DNA from: Octopus sinensis
Lineage: Eukaryota
Reading direction: 5' to 3'
Assembly: GCF_006345805.1 (NCBI RefSeq)
Contig: NC_043006.1
Location: 8,556,001-8,620,000 of the forward strand
Length of the DNA: 64,000 nucleotides
The position numbers and the translations under genes are program-made. The first letter of the stretch is position 1, and the number at the start of each line of letters is the position of its first letter. Under the pieces are notes generated by a model. It was not told the origin of the DNA. It saw only the letters and a program-made list of their open reading frames with translations, and did no database searches. Below are positions 38,788 to 53,170 of this stretch, piece after piece.

Positions 38788-39839
38788 TATATTTAAATTA
38801 AAATTTCAACACAGTTGAAACATTCCTGTCACAACCTGGGACCTTGAAGGCTGCTTAAATACAAGAAAGTATACTAGTCACTTAATATTTTATATTCAAT
38901 ATTTCATCTATTCAATAAGACAGTCAATGCTTCATTTCATTTTACTATATATTCTATATTCTACATTAATATTATAGAGATTATAAATGAAACATAAAAA
39001 ACAGAGTTGGAATTTCTTTGAATAATATATATATATATATATACATCAGTGTATAGCAAACCAAGTGATATAAATGAAATGGGAAATTTATATAAAGTCT
39101 ATGTGCACACCAGCTTATACATGTAACGGTCACTCAATATATGTGGTTAAATTTGAATATAATCTAAACTGTTGAGTAGTGTATAACGCTAAGTATAGAG
39201 TCTTCTCCAGCTCAATGTTCTCTGCATGTTGATAGTGATATCAGTATAGTTAGTGATATTCAATACCAAATAACATATATTTGCAGTTTTCTTATTTGTT
39301 GAGTTCTTTTCTGAAGATTGTAAACAGATCGTATATCAACACCACACAGATAAGGTCATCATGCTATATGTTCAGCTTGTACTTTTGAAGGTAATTAAAA
39401 ACAGGGATATTTTTCTGTTATGCTGATTTAGGAGTAGAATTTAAAGTAATTATCTAGAATTAGTTATTTGTGCGTGTCGTATTATTTCCGATCCTGTGTC
39501 TGAAAATAAAGCTTACTGGCGCAATAAAGACATGCTATAAAAGATGAGGTGATATTATCCTCTATACTTGTAGTGTCGAAATATTCAAAAGAGCAAACAT
39601 ATATACTTGCAAAGTAAGGATGTCCTATGTTAGTGGTTATTAGCTGAAGGCTACATCACATGGTGTATACATTTTCCTTCCGTTTTTCTTTTAATTGTTT
39701 CACTAATTAAACGGCAGACATGCTGAAGTATCGCTTTGCAAAATTATACTCGAATGAATCGACCTCAATCTTTATTTATCGTTCTGGTACTTATTCCATC
39801 GGTCTCCTGCCGAACTGTTAAGTTATGAGTAGGTAAAAT

Positions 39840-40100
39840 CAGACACAAACACTGACACACATAGAACATAGACACACACAATCACAGACGCACATAGAAC
39901 ATACAGACACACAAACACAGACACACATAGAACATACACACACACAAACACAGACACACATAGAACATACACACACGCAAACACAGACGCACATAGAACA
40001 TACAGACACACAAACACAGACACACATAGAACATATACACACACAAACACAGACACACATAGAACATACACACACACAAACACTGACACGCATAGCACAT
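39840..40100. repeat. 33-bp minisatellite, ~8 copies
   Basis: atagaacata recurs at 39861, 39894, 39927 and onward; it translates as an 11-aa VSVFVCVYVLC repeat. Confidence 0.9.
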
Positions 40101-40775
40101 ACACACACACAAACACACTCACACACACACGTATACATACACACACATGCAGGTATATATGTGTGTCTGTGCATGCATACATATATGTATGTATATACAT
40201 GTGTGTGTGTGTGTGTGTGTACGAAATAAACTAGAATCAACAATAAAACAAATTTGCTTATTGACTAAATGCCTATTTTTCGTCGACATCTCTCTGACTA
40301 CGATGAAAGCTTTAAAATCTTTGAATAGGCAAGTATTTAATTTCTTCCGCAGAGGGAAATAAAAACATCAACGCTTCGAGAGAGATTATATTGGCAGCGA
40401 GTTTGCCGGCGTAACACGCCTGGAAGGCAAGAAGTAAAAATCTGCATTTCTCTGCATTTCTATCTATCATGACCTCTCACTCGTCTGTCTCTCTCTAACC
40501 TTCTGACGCTTCCTTCTCGAATAGAATAATAGAATGTAAAGAAACTAACATGCCTGTATTTTCTTACTATGGATGAAAGTCAGTTATGAAAAAAACCCGC
40601 TTTTCCCTGTCTTTCTTTCTTCTCACCTGTCACTCGTTCTTTTTGTTACTTTCGTGCACCCTCCGAAAAAGGAACAGGAAACCAATTATACCACTGTTTC
40701 TAGCTAAGCAAGCAGGAGCTTTCTCTAGTTACGTGTGCTAAATGATATCAATTGTTTTCAGGTTATACGAAGAAA

Positions 40776-41172
40776 GGCTGAAGACGCTCGACCTTTATTC
40801 TCTAGAAAAACGACGACGCCGTGGTGATCTCATTCTTGCTCACAACATCATAAGCGGAAAGTGTAACCTCTCGAAAGAGCTGTTCTTCACTCCTGCTCCA
40901 GAGCGTCGGCTGCGGGGTCACTCCGAAAAGCTCTATCTGCGACGATTTCATCTCAATCGAAGCAGAGGGGCTTTCTCCGTCCGGGTTGCGGATCCGTGGA
41001 ATAAGCTGCCGGGCGAGATAGTGAAGATGCCGACGACCGCTCGGTTCAAAGTCTCCCTTGACGACAAATGGCCTGAACTCTTTGCATGAACGCCACCCTG
41101 TACATAATTCCATGTCTCCCTACATGGCCTTGCTTTTTGCTTTTTGGGCCAAAAAAATAAACTTAACTTAAC
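40776..41172 (+). mobile_element. 5'-truncated CR1-type LINE with an (ACTTA)n tail and a 13-bp target-site duplication
   Basis: ORF2 C-terminus YEERLKTLDLYSLEKRRRRGDLI..AFSVRVADPWNKLP..FKVSLD. TSD ttatacgaagaaa at 40763-40775 and 41173-41185. Confidence 0.93.
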
Positions 41173-41329
41173 TTATACGAAGAAATGAAAAAATGGTAAA
41201 TACACAAAATATATCAAGAGTATAATGAGGATAATGAAATCTTTCAATAATTAATTTTATATTACATACAACTTATTTATCCCAGAGGAATAGTAAGGCA
41301 TGCAGTGCATGCGTTGCATACAGAAGCCG

Positions 41330-41545
41330 TTTGTCCCCAAAACACACCCACAGCTAAACACCCCATGCACATGCTCACGCATACACACACACATATACAA
41401 CGAGCTTTTTCCATCTTCCATCTGCCAGAGCCAATAAAAAGCCTCTGGTCGACCCCAATCTATAAGATAGGACACTTGCTCAGAATGCCATAGAGTGGAA
41501 CTGAAACAGGTACACTGTGGCTGGGAACCAAATGATTTACCATGT
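41330..41545 (-). mobile_element. Old degenerate SINE family B head
   Basis: ggacacttgctcagaatgccatagagtggaactgaaac resembles the family B core. Confidence 0.5.
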
Positions 41546-43060
41546 GGCTACGACTACGCTGTTTAGTATAACCAATATTCGGTTTATCTTGATAATGCCA
41601 TATATATAAAACATCTTAAATTATGAGTTTCAGGCATCTTGTAGAGGACGCAAAACTTTTAGTGATAGTCATTCGTCACACTGAAGGAGAAACCCTATAT
41701 TGATTATTAGTTGCTAATATTTCAGATGGATGCTGAATCTCATTAACCATCACTAATTATGATGTCTTTCCTTTTCGGAGAACATAAATATTTTGTTCGG
41801 TTTTACAAGTGCGTATGTGCCGCGGAACGATGTAGCTATGAACACTTCATTACAGCAGTCACTGCCTCGGTGATATTAAAATGTTATCGCATCTTGTATA
41901 TACTAAGATTATGAGTTGATAATGGATATAAACATACCTATCAACAGAGAGGTGCTTATAAATGAGTTATCCTGAAAGGTGGATATTAAGCTAAAGTTGA
42001 TTGAGAAATAATGATTTAGAAGATAACGAGCTATAAGGTTACCTCATTCTGATCACTCTCCTTGCAAGAAATGTGTCGAACGCACTGCACTATTAACCTG
42101 TTGTCTCCGAAGAAACAGTGCATCGGATAACATATTGACTGTTGTAATACGCTCAACGCGCACACCACCTCAATCATCAAAAGTTTCGTTTACTGATCAC
42201 AGTTGCCATGGTGTTTCATTCAAGATGAATGGCGTTTTATATTTCCAGTGGCCTTATATCTCAGTAGTCAAAACGCCATTCTTAACTACCAAGGCTCAGG
42301 GCGTGGTTTTAGGTTGTTTGAATACGAATGTAATAATAAGACGGGGTCTCGCAATGCTTGAATATGTTTAGCAAGGAACATGTTTATGTGATGCAGCTTC
42401 CATAATGAACAACACCAACATCACCACTTAAACAACCTCAAACGCAAACACCAACGCCAGCAAAATGAGTGCCAACAACACCGAATAAATTATACGTAAA
42501 TGTGTTCTATAAGCATATATACTACATATGTATATTATTTGTATACACACACAAACACACACGCACACACACACACATATATATATTTGTGTGTGGAGGG
42601 ATAGGAAAGCCAACATTTTTTTTTGTCAAGGGCTTATATGCACCATTATTGGATTATTTTTTGTTAGTCATTGCACGGTGATCGCTGTAAGTTTTAGGCT
42701 TATATAAATATCATTATTACATTTTCCAGGATTGTAACACCCGGCGGGATATAACAAAACCATTTGCACCCGAAGTACATAGAATGTTTGTTTACAAAAA
42801 CAAATACGAACTAATATAGTTCTTAAAGTTATCAGGAACAGAGTGGCTAATTCACTGGCGTAATGTTAACATAATTAGTCGCGTTTAGAATGGGATGTGG
42901 TTTTCTTAGTCATTTCACAGTGTTCGCTATAAGATTTAATATTATATAAATTACTATTATTATCATTTACAAGATTGTAAAATCCAGTTAGTATAACAAA
43001 ACCACATACACCGAATATATATATATTTGCAAAATAGTGGTTTTGTCTCTAATAATATTT

Positions 43061-43179
<119 letters not shown>

Positions 43180-43750
43180 ACATGTAAAATTATATTTTTG
43201 TTATATGCATTTTATGTAATACATAAACCACGACTATTTGCATTGGAATAGTTTATACTTTCTCTTAAGTTTCATTATATTTTGCTTTGTGACACATGAC
43301 TGTCTCTGCTGTTTACATCAATGGATAACTTGAACATAAATCAAAAACTTCTCTGATTGTGTAATATTATGAAACATCTATAAAGCATCATAATTTTTCG
43401 TAACATCTCGTTTAAGTCAACAGCCATTTCAGTAGATTTATTAAAGCGAGTAATAGTATTAACGATGTCATTTTCATTAGTTACAACTTCTTTAATGTAT
43501 AATCAAAAATAAATCGTGTTTTTCCACCATTAACAATTGCCATCGCAACCCTCATTTACAAGTAATTAAGTGATAGCACCTATAAAAATTCATTAACGAT
43601 AATAGCAGTAATTAAAAAAATTTCAATAATTACAGTTATTTTTAGTATTATCATTTAAAATAATGACATTAATATTATTAGTAAAAATTCCAAAGCTGCA
43701 CGTACGTTTGCTTCTACTATCAATGATGATGAAGATAGTGATGGTGATGA

Positions 43751-43781
<31 letters not shown>

Positions 43782-43789
43782 TTAATTCC

Positions 43790-43995
43790 TGCACCGTAAA
43801 GAAAGAGGATGAAATTTGAAAGCGGGAGAATTTGGAGCTATAGGGAAATGGCTGGAGGAGATTGAAATAGATTGCAGGGAAGATCTACTACAGTAAGTGT
43901 GTGCCTTAGAGACACAGGGGTTTCTTGCACTGGAATGACTGCCGAAAACTTATGGATACCTTAGGTTACAGGTAGTAACATGCAACCACATATTT
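43790..43995 (+). mobile_element. R4/Dong-type LINE extreme 3' fragment after (GAT)n
   Basis: Similar in composition and position to 22290-22670 and 61140-61390; weak. Confidence 0.4.
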
Positions 43996-44040
43996 CCTAC
44001 CAGGAATAAGACAAAACCTGAGGTTTGTTTCTATAATAAT

Positions 44041-44597
44041 AACGCTCTGATGCCGTACCAAGCACTGGCTCCCGTTGCCTCTGATCTTAACTGACTCGAA
44101 ATGTTATCATATACATTGTTTTGGTTTGGTATAAAAGATGGGCTACAGAAAATATTCTGCTCACCACATCAGATTTACTTGTCAGTTGTTTGTCCCAGTT
44201 GACCATATCCCTCAGTGGCTGACAATATGTGCATCTCCGATCACGTGCAGCAGTAGTTGGGAAGCCATATAACCATGCGTTGAGAAGGATTTTTTTTGGT
44301 GGTTTTAATAATTCACTTCTAGAAACATGGGTTTTTCTTTCAAAACGCTGAAACAGCACTTATTCCAGGAACATTGGAGCTGCATGGGCTACTGGAACTG
44401 AAGACAATTCTAACTGGGTCCCTCCTGCAAAGTCTTGTGGTGTTTATCTTGATATGAGGTCACCATGTAGTGCAAATATCGTTGTGATGCAAGTGCCTGG
44501 TGCACCCTTATCAGACAAGAAGCCATGACGGGTATGCTAGGTTTCGTTTATTTCACCTTAGTGTCACTTAGATGGCATGCATTGCTTTCTCACTCAA
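44041..44597. mobile_element. Interspersed repeat adjoining an (AAT)n array (probable non-autonomous retroelement)
   Basis: A GC-richer block ending ...ctcactcaataataat; recognised from memory as a common octopus repeat, not verified. Confidence 0.5.
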
Positions 44598-44677
44598 TAA
44601 TAATGATAATAATAATAATGATAATAATAATAATAATAATAAAATAATAATAATAATAATAATGATAATAATGATAC

Positions 44678-44712
<35 letters not shown>

Positions 44713-44791
44713 TAATAATAATAATATAATAATAATAATAATGATAATAATGATACTAATAATAATAATAAAATAATAATAATAATAATAA

Positions 44792-44822
<31 letters not shown>

Positions 44823-44900
44823 AAGAAGAAGAAGAAGAAGAAGAAGAAGAAGAAGAAGAAGAAGAAGAAGAAGAAGAAGAATGATAATAATAATAATTTT
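44595..44900. repeat. (AAT)n array switching to ~29 units of (AAG)n
   Basis: Direct reading. Confidence 0.95.
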
Positions 44901-46210
44901 ATTTTAACTATTTTAAACTATGTCTATAGCCATATTCTACATATAAAATAAAAAGAAATTTGATTATAAAAATTTAATCAGTCCAACGGGTATCATCAAT
45001 AATATGCTATACAAGGTCTGCAATTCCGGAAAATGTAATTTCCAGTAAGTAACACCATGAGAATTAGTATCCTATCACATGATTCTCAATATACACCTGA
45101 CTTTACTGCATCTTTCGATTGGATTTTGCATTTTCTGAGGAATTTCATCTTCGATAACTCCATAACCTACGTGAGCAGCCGTCAAAACTCTTTAAAAATA
45201 CATAACGATCACAGAAATGGTTTCCTGGAGATATAATACAAAATATCGTTTCAATATACCGGTATATAATTTATTTAGTAAATATAAATTATTAGTGCGG
45301 CGTTGAAGTTGTAAACCAGCTGTTCAAAGCATTATTATACATAATGATTGAAAAATTACGAAGAATTACAAATACGTTAATTGCTGTTCTTCCAGTTTCT
45401 ACAGGAAAATTAACAAAAAGCTAATAGATTGATGTAAAGTCGGTTTGTAGGAGGAATTTGATTCTGTACCATATTCCTGTCTAATCAAAGTCCCGAAAGT
45501 TACCAATTCAATGACGTAATAAACTTCACTAAATGTAGTTGTTAGGAATATTATTCTGTTTCTGGTGTGGAAACCTGCAGAATTGTGAGAATGCGACAAG
45601 TAATGAAGACAACAAAAAATTATTGAGAGAGAATGTATCGTACATAGATTCTCTAATAATGGAAATTTCTACTTCTTGATACCCTCCCTCTTAAAAATGC
45701 GACGTACTACATAATGAGAATCATGTGCAATATTTGTATATCTCATGAAGAGAATGTGTGAGGGGATGACTAAGTGTCAGTACCTCTATGGAGATAGTTT
45801 TCTTTTACATTGTTCAATGGGATTTCTAATTACAAGTTGACCTGCAAAATGCCGTTAGTTATCATTGTACAAATGTTGATAAATCGTTTTTATCTGAGCA
45901 CCAAAATTCTCATACTAAATTGGATTAGCTTTTAAGGAACTATCCTTTACACGTAAAACAGCAGCAGCATCGTTATAGCATTTAAATCAAGTGTGGTGAA
46001 CAACCATAAAGGTATGTTTTTTATAGTCTCCAATTATGCCAACGGAATGTCGCCTGGTTGGTGATCTTTCTGAAATAAAATGTCACTTTTTATAAGAGTA
46101 TATAACAGAGGTTTGAACAAAATTTATTGGAGTCACAGCAGCACAAGCAGCTTTTCTATATATAACTGGTCGCTCAATTTGCGGCAGTATAGAGGTAAAA
46201 GTCGTACGTA

Positions 46211-46299
<89 letters not shown>

Positions 46300-46653
46300 T
46301 GTGTGTGTGTGTGTGTGTGTATGCGTGTGTGTGGTGTGTGTGTGTTTATGTGTGTGTGCGTGTATATATATATATATATATATATATGTATCTGTAAATC
46401 TTTTCTATAGGAACGGAAAGCACATTATAAAAGCAGTTTCTATTTCCTATGGCGAAAATAGCAATACAGTCATAGGTGCCATCCATATATGAAATAGTGA
46501 AATATGCATAATACTTAAGAGAACTGAGTTGAAAAGGTAAACAAGTGTATGAGTGGGATTTAGAATGAGAATTGTAGTACTTGAAGAATGCATCCCTCAT
46601 CCCATTTAAATTGTTATATCATGAAATGGTACATTGCTACTTTTATCATTATA

Positions 46654-47735
46654 CGAGGTGGTATAAAAAATATCCCGGACTATACGCTGCCAACAAGTAC
46701 AAGGGTGCGTGCGCAGGGAGAGCTAGCAGTGCCTTTCATGAGACGGCCTGCATAGTTTTATCGCGGTGTGAAATTTGTGTTTTTGTGATCACGCGTAAGC
46801 TGTAGTCTGTTAATTTCTCACGGATAGGCAGCTGGAACAAATAGCAAACGTGAAACTTTGCGTTAAACTTGGGAATTCTGATACAGCGGCATTGGGCATG
46901 CTTTGTCAATTTTACGGTGAGACGGCAATATGGCACGGCGCTTCAAATGCAGAAAAACGTCCCTGGAAGGCGATGAGCGATCTGGCAAACTTGCCACAAA
47001 TGTCACCCCCGCCCCACGCCCCAGCTTCTCGTGAGAATCGTCGGAGTACAATCAATGACATTGCTGATGTTGTTGGTGTTGTTGTATGGGTCCGTGCACG
47101 TAATCCTAACTTCTGAATTGAACATGCAGTGTGTCTTTGCCAGGTTTGTACTTCGCCTGCTGACCAATTAGCATAAAAAAATCGCCTCGAAGTCTGTCAC
47201 AATATCCGTCAGCGTGGCGTAGGTAGCCCATACCTCATGTCAAGATCATCACCTGTGATAATCTTGTGTTCGGTATACGGCTACGGCCCTGAGACGAAGC
47301 AGAAGTTGTCACAATGGAAGAGCCCTCCACGACCGAAGAAAACACGACAAAGCCGCATCTCAATCAAGAGCATGCACATCGTGGGAATTTTGACATTTGC
47401 GTTATTGTGGGTGGCAAATACGTCCTGCTGGGTCAAACCATCAATCGATAGTTCTACTGCCACGTTTTGAAGCGGTTGAGGGAGGACATTTGCCGAAATC
47501 CACCTGAGCTATGCCGTGCGGAAAACTAGATCTCCCCCGAGCCCCTCTCACAACATTTTATCGTTTCCACATCCTCCCTATTCGCCAGATTTAGCACCTG
47601 CAGACTACCATCTCTTCCACAAGATGAAAATACAGCTCAAAGGTCACCGATTTAACACCGTTGTCGAGATCGAGGCCGAATCGCAGTATTTCCTCGACTC
47701 GCTTACTGGAACGCTTGAACCGAAAGTTGACTAGT
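46654..47735 (+). mobile_element. Decayed mariner transposon (no clear right TIR)
   Basis: Starts TA|cgaggtgg. Remnants include NVKLCVKLG, LEGDERSG and PHPPYSPDLAPADYHLFHKMKIQLKGHRF. Confidence 0.9.
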
Positions 47736-47849
47736 TCTTGTATTATCACGTAATAGTAACACTCCTTTGTGACTGACCAATGATGGTCAATTTGTCCCCA
47801 CTTTTTTTAAATGCTTCCACTTGGGACACAATACTTCGCATTAAGAGTT

Positions 47850-48240
47850 GTATTTTGGTTTAACTCATGGTAATCGGCACCGTTTCTATCGTGCCAAAAT
47901 TAGAACATAACCTATTTCAGGTGTAGTCCAGGTTTATTGATAGGTGCTAGTGTATCAATGTGTACTAAGCATTGCGGTGTTTGTTAGGTGTGGCTGTAGA
48001 AAATGCACCTTTCATTACTCATGCTGTTCTACCAAGGAAGTATTCAATAGCAAGTCTAATCTTAAGTGACGAGTTGCAGGCAACACTTTGATTAAGGTAG
48101 GAGACAGCCAGCTGATGAGGGACCGTCTGGCCAAGTTTGGAGATTTTTTGTAATTTATGAAGGTGTATTATGATCGAAAGGTGACTTGAATTAGTTCGCT
48201 AATTGTGGCACAGATTGATTTGGATAGACCTCAACTAAGG
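47850..48240 (+). mobile_element. Penelope-like element 3' fragment (C-terminus plus degenerate hammerhead core)
   Basis: CGVC..LNSKS..SCR-like remnants followed by CTGATGA at 48112. Confidence 0.5.
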
Positions 48241-50258
48241 TTTTCAAACCTCAACATTGACGTAATTTAGATTCAGTGGTATCAGCAAAAGGACAAAAAA
48301 AAATGGTGACTGATACCGGTCACGAAATTGGTTGCATGTGCGGACACTTAAAGCTTCATTTCATAGACAAAACATATTGTTTTTTTTCATTGTTGGAGCT
48401 GTCCTTTTGAATTAATACAGGATGCCGTGTCTGATATCGGTCAGATCGAAGCCTATTTTAAATTTATTTAATCGATACGAATTTAACTTCTATGGTTAAT
48501 AGTATTCTGCAACGCCTGAAACACATTAGAATGTGAAAAGTAAATCTTAATTTATTGTAAGTCTTGAAAGTTTAACCCTAAATAGATCAGGTAAAAAATG
48601 ACAGGACCTTTCCAGCCTAATACGCAAATAAAATATGTTTGATTTACTACGCAGGTAGACCAACATATCAGCACGAGTGTTGTTGTTATAACTTGATAAT
48701 CTTGCAGTATATAGACTGATTTAGTTTCTAAACTTTCATGTTTGAGGAAAAACAGAGATATGTTTCGATAAAGAGTAATTTTCCCGAAACATTCACAAGT
48801 ATTTTATCTCTTAAAAGAGGAATAATATCACATTATATTCATCTCCTATCCAAGATTTCAAAAATATAAATGAATAGGAAAAGCAGACAGGTCACGTAAA
48901 TTTCAACAAGAACATCAACAAAATGCAAGTGTATTCATCCCGTTGTAACTTTTGCCCCAAGAAACTAAACTACGTACGCAGGAATTGCTTTATAACAATG
49001 TTAGATTTTACAAAATTTAACATGAAGGAAAAGATGCTGAACATAAGTGGGTCATAGGATTTAGTTATTTGTGACAAATATAAAGAAACAACAAACACCG
49101 TGTTAGCCTTGGCAGAATTGGTTATGATGCAGTGGATACTAATACATTCGTTTCTATGCCACTGACAGTATATTTCCTAATACTTGAAGTAAAAGGGATA
49201 TTAAATTGGGAATTGTAACTGCTTCGTAGTTTCCATTAACCAGGAGCTAACATTTCCATACGCCACATGACTTTCGTGAATTTTGACAATAGTTTTATAA
49301 CAAAGAACATCATACTTATAACAGTTGGCCAGCCATTGTAATATAATTTTAGTCGTTTCCATGAATCTGGATGACTTGAAAGGTAAGGCATTTCGTCGAT
49401 ATCGAAATACCGAATTTTCATAATGATACTGAACAATGCCAAGCATTATTGGCACTCAATCGTTGAATTTATCAGGTTTATTTAACTTATGAGATCTAAG
49501 TTACTCAGAGACACATTGAAGAATATGTATTCATTCTCGTTATATATGTGATATACTAATTCGTATATTCACTGACTGGCTATATTCAGGAACTTTTAAT
49601 ATAACTATATTTGAAATCGCATTTCTGATGTAAAAGGAATCTATTCTCGCTTGACTATCACACTTTTTCACACAAAACCTGACTATTTAAGTTACTGCGT
49701 TGGTAAACCGCTGAACTTTAGTTATATATTAGACGTTCTGGCTATCTCACTGTTCATAAACAAATTCATTAGATCACTATTAAACCATAATCAATTATTC
49801 GTCCATCTTAGCCTAACGCTGGATTCCGTAATTCTCTCTGCATTATTCTGATCACGTCAAATCATATACAAGAAAAATAAGAAGAATTCCCAAGCTGGAT
49901 ATCAAATCAAGCTTACTGTTGGCTCATCAACAGAAAATTATGTAGTTGCACGAAAGCTAAAACATTTCAAAACACCTTAAAGATGTCCAATGGGGATTGC
50001 AACGCAGTTTATAAAAGAATATAAAAGAAATGATCTAACTAATGATGTACATTCATTTACGCACTGTGAGTATTTGTCGTAAGAATGCAATAATGTATTT
50101 AAGATTTAAAGCATCTAGTAAATCGATTTATCAGACGTCTTCGATGTCTTTGATCATATGGGTATTCGATCAGGGTTATCTTGCTCATGCTAGAAAATCA
50201 CAATTACGACGACGAATACCACAAGAGTAAGAATAACAACAAATGCGACACCAACGGC

Positions 50259-50322
<64 letters not shown>

Positions 50323-50423
50323 GCACCAACACATATATCTGTATATACGTACATATATATACATATGCATATATTTGTAAGTATGTATATATATGTATAT
50401 GTATTTACCTATCTATCTATCTG

Positions 50424-50472
<49 letters not shown>

Positions 50473-50475
50473 ATC

Positions 50476-50848
50476 TTACCAACCAAATGGTTTCGGGTTC
50501 AATCCCACTGCGTGGCACCTTGGGCAAGTGTCTTCTACTATAGCCTGGGGCCGACCAAAGCCTTGTGAGTGGATTTGGTAGACGGAAACTGAAAGAAGCC
50601 TGTCGTATATATGTATATATATATGCGTGTGTGTGTATGTGCGTCTGTGTTTGTCCCCCTAGCATTGCTTGACAACCGATGCTGGTGTGTTTATGTCCCC
50701 GTTACTTAGCGGTTCGGTAAAAGAGAGCGATAGAATAAGTACTGGGCTTACAAAAGAATAAGTCCCTGGGTCGAGTTGCTCGATTAAATGCGGTGCTCCA
50801 GCATAGCTGCAGTCAAATGACTGAAACAAGTAAAATAGTAAAAGAGTA
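50476..50848 (+). mobile_element. SINE family B (head clipped by a (TATC)n array)
   Basis: Core ggcaccttgggcaagtgtcttc and tail gtaaaagagt. Confidence 0.92.
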
Positions 50849-50857
50849 TATGTATAT

Positions 50858-50890
<33 letters not shown>

Positions 50891-51080
50891 ATATATATAT
50901 GCTGTTGCTAAATTTCGCTATGTGGTGAAGCAAATTTTTGCTGAACCCTAATTATAACTATGCTCATAATTATAGAATTTTTGCATAAGTTTACCGATGT
51001 TCTTTTAACATACCGAACTACTTGGTAAACTTATTAATTATTAATTAATTAATTAATTTTACCCTTTATTATTATTATTA

Positions 51081-51115
<35 letters not shown>

Positions 51116-51165
51116 CATGCCTCTCTATGTATGTATGTATATATGTATGTATGTATGTATGCATG

Positions 51166-51230
<65 letters not shown>

Positions 51231-51289
51231 ATATATATATATAAATATGTATAGATGTATATATGTGTGTGTGTGGATGTAATTTTCTA

Positions 51290-51369
51290 TTTCCTTATTC
51301 TCGTCTCTGTCGAAGAACGTAGGCTCGAAATGTAAACGATTTTTCCATTTTTTCCGTCTTCGTTTTCCT

Positions 51370-51370
<1 letters not shown>
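51290..51370 (+). repeat. Short repeat with a variant hammerhead-like motif
   Basis: CTGTCGA-a-gaacgtaggctc-GAAATGTA; homologous to 55275-55320 on the minus strand. Confidence 0.6.
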
Positions 51371-51433
<63 letters not shown>

Positions 51434-52795
51434 AATTGAGAGAGAGAGCGAGAGAGAGAAAGATCCGAATATAATATATATATCTTTATATATGTCATCA
51501 TACAACAATTGGTATATCTTATTAGAAACGGAGACCTAATAATAATTACGTATCAGAGTGCAAAATGAAATGTTACTAACATATAATTGCATGTGCTGAG
51601 AATAGTCACGAACAATGGGAATACAGTGCATGGAAATGTAACTCCATTATTTCCAATGCCAAATTGGATATGTTGTTGACAACACGACTCTATTTTAAGA
51701 AGCACACTTTCAATATAAATAGATATAAAGTATATATGTACATGCGCACACAAACTCATAAACGTATATGTATACACGTAATCACAATTATACATTTACA
51801 TACATATAGAAATAGACACATGCACGTATGAATATGTGTGTGTTTGTGTATACAGACATATTTCTTATGTTCATTCTTTTGGGACTTATAATGATGTACA
51901 AAACTATCTTCACATACACATATGTTGATGTGTGTATGTGTGGTTAGTGTAATATACTGCAGGAAAGCCACAAGTTCCACACCTGCCTGAAAATGTAAAA
52001 TATTGATATTAACAAATACGTTTTCAATTATTTATCTATTTTTGTGTAGCAGCTAAAATAAGAGTCTATACAGACCATGTGCACACTATGTCTCTTCTAA
52101 AGTTTTGAATATTAAAACTGTGTTTATTTTTAGTTCTAGGCGAAACAGCTATTATTCGTACCTATAATGATGCACACACATACATAAAATAGCCTAAATA
52201 CGTACAGTCATACGTACATACATGCATATAGAATGTTTGCCTCATCTTGTCAGATTATAGCCATCCCAAATTCAAACTGATTCTTCTTAGTTGCTTTTAC
52301 CAGTGCATGTGCTCGTATATGACTCTTCACCACACATCGGTAGCCATAAAACTTTATACAATATACAGTACACAAGGGATCAAGAAATGAAGAAAATATA
52401 AGGCATGCGCATGCGTACGTCCATAGGTTTAAATGACAACAAAATTTACAACAGTTTTATGGAGCCCTCAGTCACCATAAGTCCCAGTGACAAGCATAGC
52501 AATATGACTGGGATAAATTTTGATAGCAAGTTTTTACTTTTCTTCTTGAAGATGTGCCCTCTCCACGAATTTGTGAAAAACAACGGGAGCATTCTTCACT
52601 CCACCCGCAGAAACCTGCTGTATGACCTTGAGAGTTACGAACAGGACAGAACAGTGAGGTATGATAATTAAGGGGTAACTTCACACACCTAGCAGCTCCA
52701 GAAATCCCGATTTGGTGCCTTACTACTTGACGCAGTTTTATGTAGTACCAAGGACATACATAGATGCATACCAACACATATAAATACATATGTAC

Positions 52796-52895
<100 letters not shown>

Positions 52896-53080
52896 TATAC
52901 ATATATTTACATATATACATTTACATATGTATTTATGTATACATACATGTAATGTGTGTGTGTGAGGGGGTGGGTGTGTGTAGATATGTGTAAACATTTA
53001 TATCTACACTTTTCTGAACATTAGCCATGCCGGTTGTTAAAAAGAAGTGGCTTACAAAATGTGGCTAAAAGAGTAAAAAA

Positions 53081-53170
53081 AACATCCTGATGAGGGGAGT
53101 GTCAGTTTTAAAAATATGAAATATATCATATTATTTGGCACGTCTCTGAAACGGTCCGTAGCTGGATTTT
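53081..53170 (+). ncRNA. Type I hammerhead ribozyme motif (Penelope terminal-repeat type)
   Basis: CTGATGA at 53087-93; a 12-pair stem II (53094-105 with 53135-147, 4 G-U, 1 bulge); GAAA at 53148-51; stem III ACG-gtc-CGT; GUA triplet at 53158-60; stem I catc/gctg with 3 of 4 pairs. Confidence 0.7.
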
